The position numbers and the translations under genes were made by a program. The notes below the pieces were generated by a model. That model was not told the DNA's origin, did not search any database, and saw only the letters and a program-made list of their open reading frames with translations. Shown one piece after another: positions 59,140 through 64,000 of a stretch of DNA of 64,000 nt. Location: the IMG/VR virus record IMGVR_UViG_3300042868_012858, positions 1-64,000 of that record; one strand, 5' to 3'. Every line of letters begins with the position of its first letter. The stretch's first letter is position 1. This DNA comes from a virus.

Positions 59140-59153
59140 TACGAATTATAAAA

Positions 59154-61856
59154 ATGGATGAAAGATTAAAGATATTATTAGGAAGTGAAGATATTATCGC
59201 AAGAGATAATGAAGATTTATATATTAATATAAACTTAAATAGATCTTTCTTTGAATATAAGCGAGAGAAGTACGATAATGATTTTGATTTGGCTCAGCAA
59301 TTTGACAAAGAAAGAAATCTTTCTAGAAATTTTAGGATTTATGGAATTGTGGACTCCAATGTTGTAGATACTAATAATATGCTAATTAAGGCTTATTATG
59401 ATTCTGGGACTACCAAATTAGCAGCTCAAACCTCCACATCTTCAATGAATTTTAATAATAGCATAAACGTCTTCAATAAAAAAAAAGGTAAATACTATTT
59501 TTCATTAAATAATTATTCTGGAAGTTCTGTATTTATACAAATACAATCAAACAACAATAATATTGCAACTCAAACCTTTGAACAAAAATTAGTTTTTTAT
59601 GATTTTGATGGGGATTTTATTCCATATGGCACAGAAACTATTGAGATAGATAACAATTTAAACACAATTGACATAAATAATAACTTTCCTTTTTTTTATA
59701 ACAAGCATTGGGTTAAAAAAAACATATCCCTACAAGAAACAAAATATCCTATTGTAAATTTCTCTGGATCTAGCGAGACTATTTTCGAAGGTCAATTAGC
59801 TAGTATTATTGTTTATTTAGATAAACCTAGCCCTTTTGGAAGTGAAAAAGTTGATTTTGTTTTTGATTCTGGTACTGCAGATACTTTTGAGTTTTTAGTA
59901 TATTTAAATACACCATCAAACTCTTTTCCAGGCACCGTCCAATTAAGTTTTTCTCCAGGCGAACAATATAAGAGAATTTTTTTCAGCGCATCTACTGATA
60001 ATATTGTAGAGGTTCTAGAAAATTATAAATTTAGATTAGATAATTTTATTAACGTAAAACCTGGAAGCTCGCTAGTATATACAATGCAGATAGAAAATTC
60101 TGAGCCAAGAAAATATGCTATTTACGAAATTCCAAACTTATATGAAAATAGAACCCCGTATGTGGGTTTATCTGCCATAACCACATCTCCAGGTATTTCA
60201 TATTCAACACCATCAATATTAAGAAATGGTCTTTATTATGGTGGTTTACAAAATGAATTTTACCCTGTTGATGAAGTGGAAGTAGATATAGCTAACTTTT
60301 CTCAAAACACCGTGTTAGTACCGCCAAATCCAACATTTGGAAATATTGAAGATGAGTTATTAGTCCCTGGTGCAGTTAAAACATTTACAATTAGACCTAA
60401 TTATACATTAGGCTCTTTAAATCAAGTAAGTATATATTTACCGCCTTCATTAAATGATGTTATTACCACTTCTCCTGATCCTGAAACTAACATACAGCAA
60501 TCTATTGCCTATGTGTTAGGAAATATTAGTATAAATGGTTTTGTAATGGAATATACAAATGGTGTTTATCCTGTAGTAAGCACTATACCTACCGACGAAA
60601 GTGCTTCATATGAGGCGCTAAAGAGGATGTTAGGTAATGGGACTTTTGATATTTATAACATTAAAGATATATATAAGCCATTTACCATTACAACTGATGA
60701 TGCAAACTATAAAATAAACATAAAGGCAAAAAGAACTTGTACTAGATTAGATGTTAAAACAAATTTAAGAAATAATTTGGGTGTAGATTCGATTGCCACC
60801 GCTACAACAACTACTCAATATTCTTATCCAAAACAAAATCCTGTCAGATTTACTTTATTAGGAAATGAAAATAATGGAGAAATAGCAAGTTATAGATTTA
60901 GATTTAGAAAAAAAGGTTACAGAGATTTAAATATATTAAATGCAGCATCTGCTAGTGCAGAAGGTCAAATAAATTATTTAGTCACGTCAGTAAAAAACGT
61001 GCTTCATAATTGGGACACTCCAAATAATACACCTATTGCTTTTAGTGGAAGCCCGATAAAAGGAAATTTTTTGCCAAACACATATTTTTTACCTAAAAGT
61101 GAAGCTTTTTATCCTGGCTTATTATTGTTGAATAATTCAGATACGTCAAATCCAACAGCATCTAATCTAACAACATACGGATCAAATGCTTTCACCACTT
61201 CAACATCCCCTCTTTTAGTGGACTCTGGAAGATGGTTTCAATTCCCACTGAATGTTATTCAAAAAACATCTATTAACATTTCAAACGAGGATATATCACA
61301 AGTTACGCTATTAAAAATTAATACTCCTGCAGCAACTACCACTGCATCAAATTTAGACTTCTATTCTTTTAATTATAGAAATGGAACCACTGGCGCTTAT
61401 ACTACTTTTTATTGGAACGGAGCTAATAATGCAAACTTGTTAACAAATTCAGGTAACGGATTAAAGGTTAGTGGATCTACCACACCTAGGGATTCTCCTG
61501 GGTTAAAATATGAACTAGATCAAGGTGTAATATATTTAGGGCAGACAATACCAGTTGGACCTATTAATGTAGACTTTCCAGGATATAACACATATGAATT
61601 AGCAGGCACTAATTTTTATTCTCCTTATTATCCAACAACATCGACTAATAACAACATAAATTATCAAGGAAATGGAACTACTGAAATTTTGTTAACGGCA
61701 AAATCTCCAGGTACTCCTTTTGAAATAGCTGATATTGTAAATAACAATCCAAGTGCAGAAATTGTTGCAATGACTGTTGTGTATAATCAAAAAGACGGAG
61801 TTACTTCTAATCCGTATAATAACAGAATGGGAGGTTTTTCATTAACTGCTCCATAA
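59154..61856 (+). CDS. Tail/baseplate protein with Calx-beta-like domain
   Basis: VNFS.S...EG, LSFSPGEQYKRI....TDNIVEVLENY.FRL; Ser/Thr/Asn-rich C-terminus. Confidence 0.6.
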   Translation: MDERLKILLGSEDIIARDNEDLYININLNRSFFEYKREKYDNDFDLAQQFDKERNLSRNFRIYGIVDSNVVDTNNMLIKAYYDSGTTKLAAQTSTSSMNFNNSINVFNKKKGKYYFSLNNYSGSSVFIQIQSNNNNIATQTFEQKLVFYDFDGDFIPYGTETIEIDNNLNTIDINNNFPFFYNKHWVKKNISLQETKYPIVNFSGSSETIFEGQLASIIVYLDKPSPFGSEKVDFVFDSGTADTFEFLVYLNTPSNSFPGTVQLSFSPGEQYKRIFFSASTDNIVEVLENYKFRLDNFINVKPGSSLVYTMQIENSEPRKYAIYEIPNLYENRTPYVGLSAITTSPGISYSTPSILRNGLYYGGLQNEFYPVDEVEVDIANFSQNTVLVPPNPTFGNIEDELLVPGAVKTFTIRPNYTLGSLNQVSIYLPPSLNDVITTSPDPETNIQQSIAYVLGNISINGFVMEYTNGVYPVVSTIPTDESASYEALKRMLGNGTFDIYNIKDIYKPFTITTDDANYKINIKAKRTCTRLDVKTNLRNNLGVDSIATATTTTQYSYPKQNPVRFTLLGNENNGEIASYRFRFRKKGYRDLNILNAASASAEGQINYLVTSVKNVLHNWDTPNNTPIAFSGSPIKGNFLPNTYFLPKSEAFYPGLLLLNNSDTSNPTASNLTTYGSNAFTTSTSPLLVDSGRWFQFPLNVIQKTSINISNEDISQVTLLKINTPAATTTASNLDFYSFNYRNGTTGAYTTFYWNGANNANLLTNSGNGLKVSGSTTPRDSPGLKYELDQGVIYLGQTIPVGPINVDFPGYNTYELAGTNFYSPYYPTTSTNNNINYQGNGTTEILLTAKSPGTPFEIADIVNNNPSAEIVAMTVVYNQKDGVTSNPYNNRMGGFSLTAP

Positions 61857-61882
61857 ATTTAATATAGAATATTTATTATTAA

Positions 61883-62401
61883 ATGATATTTGATACTGAC
61901 ATAAATAAATATGAGTTGTATGCACAAACAACCCCTCTTAGTTCTAATACGCTAGGATATGGATTCGTACATACCGATAGGAATGTATATCCAAATGTGG
62001 AATTTGATGTATTTTTACCTGTTTTCTTGCAAAAAACATATGATTATTATGAATATGTAGATGTAAAAAGAGACGATACAATTGTCGCATTAAATAGACA
62101 GGAAGTCAACCCATATTTTATAGAATTATCTTTTTTTGACCAAGTTCAAAGAGTCGGACTTCAAAGCGGATATCAACTCACAAATTCAATGGTTGCGTTT
62201 ATTAGAACTAGAAGAAGTGATTTATCGAATATGACGGACCAACAAGTTAGAGAATGGTTTGATAAATACGGGTTTTATGAATTACCTTGGAATAAAGGTC
62301 AAGCTAATGAAACTACCTTAGCAGAAATAGAAACACAAGGAATTTTACTAAACACAATAACAGGAAGAGCTCAAATATTTAACATAACAATAAATACATA
62401 A
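61883..62401 (+). CDS. Hypothetical tail-module protein
   Basis: 172 aa; late motif upstream. Confidence 0.5.
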   Translation: MIFDTDINKYELYAQTTPLSSNTLGYGFVHTDRNVYPNVEFDVFLPVFLQKTYDYYEYVDVKRDDTIVALNRQEVNPYFIELSFFDQVQRVGLQSGYQLTNSMVAFIRTRRSDLSNMTDQQVREWFDKYGFYELPWNKGQANETTLAEIETQGILLNTITGRAQIFNITINT

Positions 62402-62402
62402 A

Positions 62403-63041
62403 ATGCAACGTCACATTATTTTGATTAATAAAAAATTTAGTGCGGATACGCAACCTACCACTATCACGTTGACAGGTGGCGGTCAGAGCTTTTTAGTTAA
62501 TCAAGATAGTTATTATTTAAATAATGTGGGCGGATTAAATTTAGGCATTGTAAACCCAACAAACATTAGAGCTTATTTAAATGATTCTGCAAACGAATCT
62601 ATTATAAACGACTTCTTTTCTTATTTAACAGGAAACACAAATCAGGATCAGTTTAGGGAAATTTTTTATAGTGACCAAAAATTGTCCAATGTATTTAATA
62701 GTTATTATTCACAGTCGGTTTTCTCTGGTCAACCCTCATCGACATATTATATTTCTCAAGAATTAACAGGTACGACTACTATATCAACAACTTATACGAA
62801 TTTTAATTGGAATGGATATGCTCCACCAAAAAATCCGTTCACTGGAGTAACGCAAGAAATTTATGGTGCATCTAGATTTTACGAACAATCAACTGCAACA
62901 TATTCATATACACAAGATGAAAGTTATTATATACCTGTTTTTATAAAAAGGCACTATCAAGGCACCGCTAGAGACACTTTTGATGTTTGCGACAGAACTA
63001 TTAATACAATATTAAACCCTAATTATTCAATTGAACTTTAA
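62403..63041 (+). CDS. Hypothetical tail-module protein
   Basis: 212 aa, Thr/Ser/Tyr-rich. Confidence 0.5.
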   Translation: MQRHIILINKKFSADTQPTTITLTGGGQSFLVNQDSYYLNNVGGLNLGIVNPTNIRAYLNDSANESIINDFFSYLTGNTNQDQFREIFYSDQKLSNVFNSYYSQSVFSGQPSSTYYISQELTGTTTISTTYTNFNWNGYAPPKNPFTGVTQEIYGASRFYEQSTATYSYTQDESYYIPVFIKRHYQGTARDTFDVCDRTINTILNPNYSIEL

Positions 63042-63043
63042 AT

Positions 63044-64000
63044 ATGCCAACATTTAATTTCACAGTATCATCGCAATCAATCAAGGATGTTGTAGAGAGA
63101 GATAGACCACCTGCAACCATTCACACAATAGAACAATGTTTTGTGGATTTAAACCTTGAATTAAATGAGAATTTTAATACTAATATTCCTACAAAAACAG
63201 CAAATTTTAAATATTCTACAATTAGCGTAAGTGAAGGTTATGTTGGTAAGATTTATGTAGAATTAAATTCTCCAAGCACTTTAGGCATAGAGGAATTAGA
63301 TGTATATTTTACAGGAACAAACTCAACAGGAGCAACTATTAATGATGATATTTTATTTGGATTTGACACCAATCAACCATTAAGAATTGCTTGGGATGTT
63401 GGAGAAAAGGAAAAAGAAATATCTTTTACTGCTAAAACAGATTATGTATTGGATGGAATTGAGCAATTTAATTTTAAATTAGATCATTTTATTAATTGCG
63501 TACCTGGGACTCCATCACAGACTACTGTGTCAGTAACAAATACTACAACATTGCCTTCTGTGGCAATAGAGTCGACAAACGGATCTTACGTTAAAAACGC
63601 AGAGGGAATTTATAAATTAAACTTCGGTATAAACGAAGGCGACAATAAAGATATTAAAATAGCTCTTTCCTACCCATCAATTTCAGGTCAAGAGGCTATT
63701 AGTGTTGTATTTGTGAATCAAAATACCAGTAATGCAGATTATCAAACGTCAATTCAACAACCTATAAATTTAACTTGGGGAGTCGGAGAGCAAGTAAAAA
63801 TAATAAATGTATCTGCTGTATTAGATTCTCAATTATTCGAAAGCTCAATAGAAACAGTATTAATAAGGCTTCAAAACCCAAGTAATGTAATTATACAACC
63901 AGAACCAATCACAATACCTTCTACTGGTATTGGTAGATTTCCTTTTTCCACTGTGCAAATATATAATGAAGCTCCTATATTCGAATACGCAAGGCTTTAT
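63044..64000 (+). CDS. Calx-beta-like repeat tail protein (partial, runs off window end; absent from ORF track)
   Basis: ATG 63044, MPTFNFTVSS...; two repeats VSEG/INEG ... WDVGEKEKEI/WGVGEQVKII ... TDYVLDGIEQF. Confidence 0.65.
   Translation, partial: MPTFNFTVSSQSIKDVVERDRPPATIHTIEQCFVDLNLELNENFNTNIPTKTANFKYSTISVSEGYVGKIYVELNSPSTLGIEELDVYFTGTNSTGATINDDILFGFDTNQPLRIAWDVGEKEKEISFTAKTDYVLDGIEQFNFKLDHFINCVPGTPSQTTVSVTNTTTLPSVAIESTNGSYVKNAEGIYKLNFGINEGDNKDIKIALSYPSISGQEAISVVFVNQNTSNADYQTSIQQPINLTWGVGEQVKIINVSAVLDSQLFESSIETVLIRLQNPSNVIIQPEPITIPSTGIGRFPFSTVQIYNEAPIFEYARLY

Noticed and set aside
1-64000. Stop-codon reassignment, as seen in some large phages
   Set aside because: Long conserved genes are intact under the standard code and coding density is high; TGA and TAG both end genes at plausible positions.
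1-64000. CRISPR array or tRNA genes
   Set aside because: No regularly spaced direct repeats and no cloverleaf with a T-loop/CCA signature were noticed by eye; tRNAscan and CRISPR finders were not run.

Overview
This AT-rich 64 kb window is the virion-morphogenesis region of a large T4-like (jumbo-type) myophage that probably infects a Bacteroidota host. The host call rests on TAnnTTTG -7 promoter elements and A-rich leaders without Shine-Dalgarno sites. From 1 to 15 kb (- strand) lie the prohead protease, scaffold, major capsid protein, gp13/gp14/gp15-like neck and tail-completion proteins, tail sheath and a partial fibre-like gene. From 15 to 24.5 kb are a vWA protein, a frameshifted glycosyltransferase, PhoH and several probable head-internal proteins. 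From 24.6 to 41.8 kb is a ~17 kb glycan island with many glycosyltransferases, five methyltransferases, gmd, fcl-like, ColD-type and galE genes, plus a short gp13 paralogue. From 41.8 to 47.4 kb are a T5 A1-like phosphoesterase, a HAD protein, two further GTs and a gp55-like late sigma factor. From 47.5 to 64 kb is the baseplate/tail module (spike, gp25, gp6, Calx-beta-like proteins) with an inserted homing-type endonuclease. The strongest unexplained signal is a ~280-nt non-coding unit at 5.37-5.68 kb, antisense to the structural operon. It has its own host-type promoter, folds by eye into a G·U-rich multibranch RNA with a tight four-way junction, and ends in a terminator. A strand-specific TATTTAT motif, the reverse complement of the T4 late box, precedes 19 mostly late genes. 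All calls come from motif recognition and manual reading; no database searches or folding programs were run.
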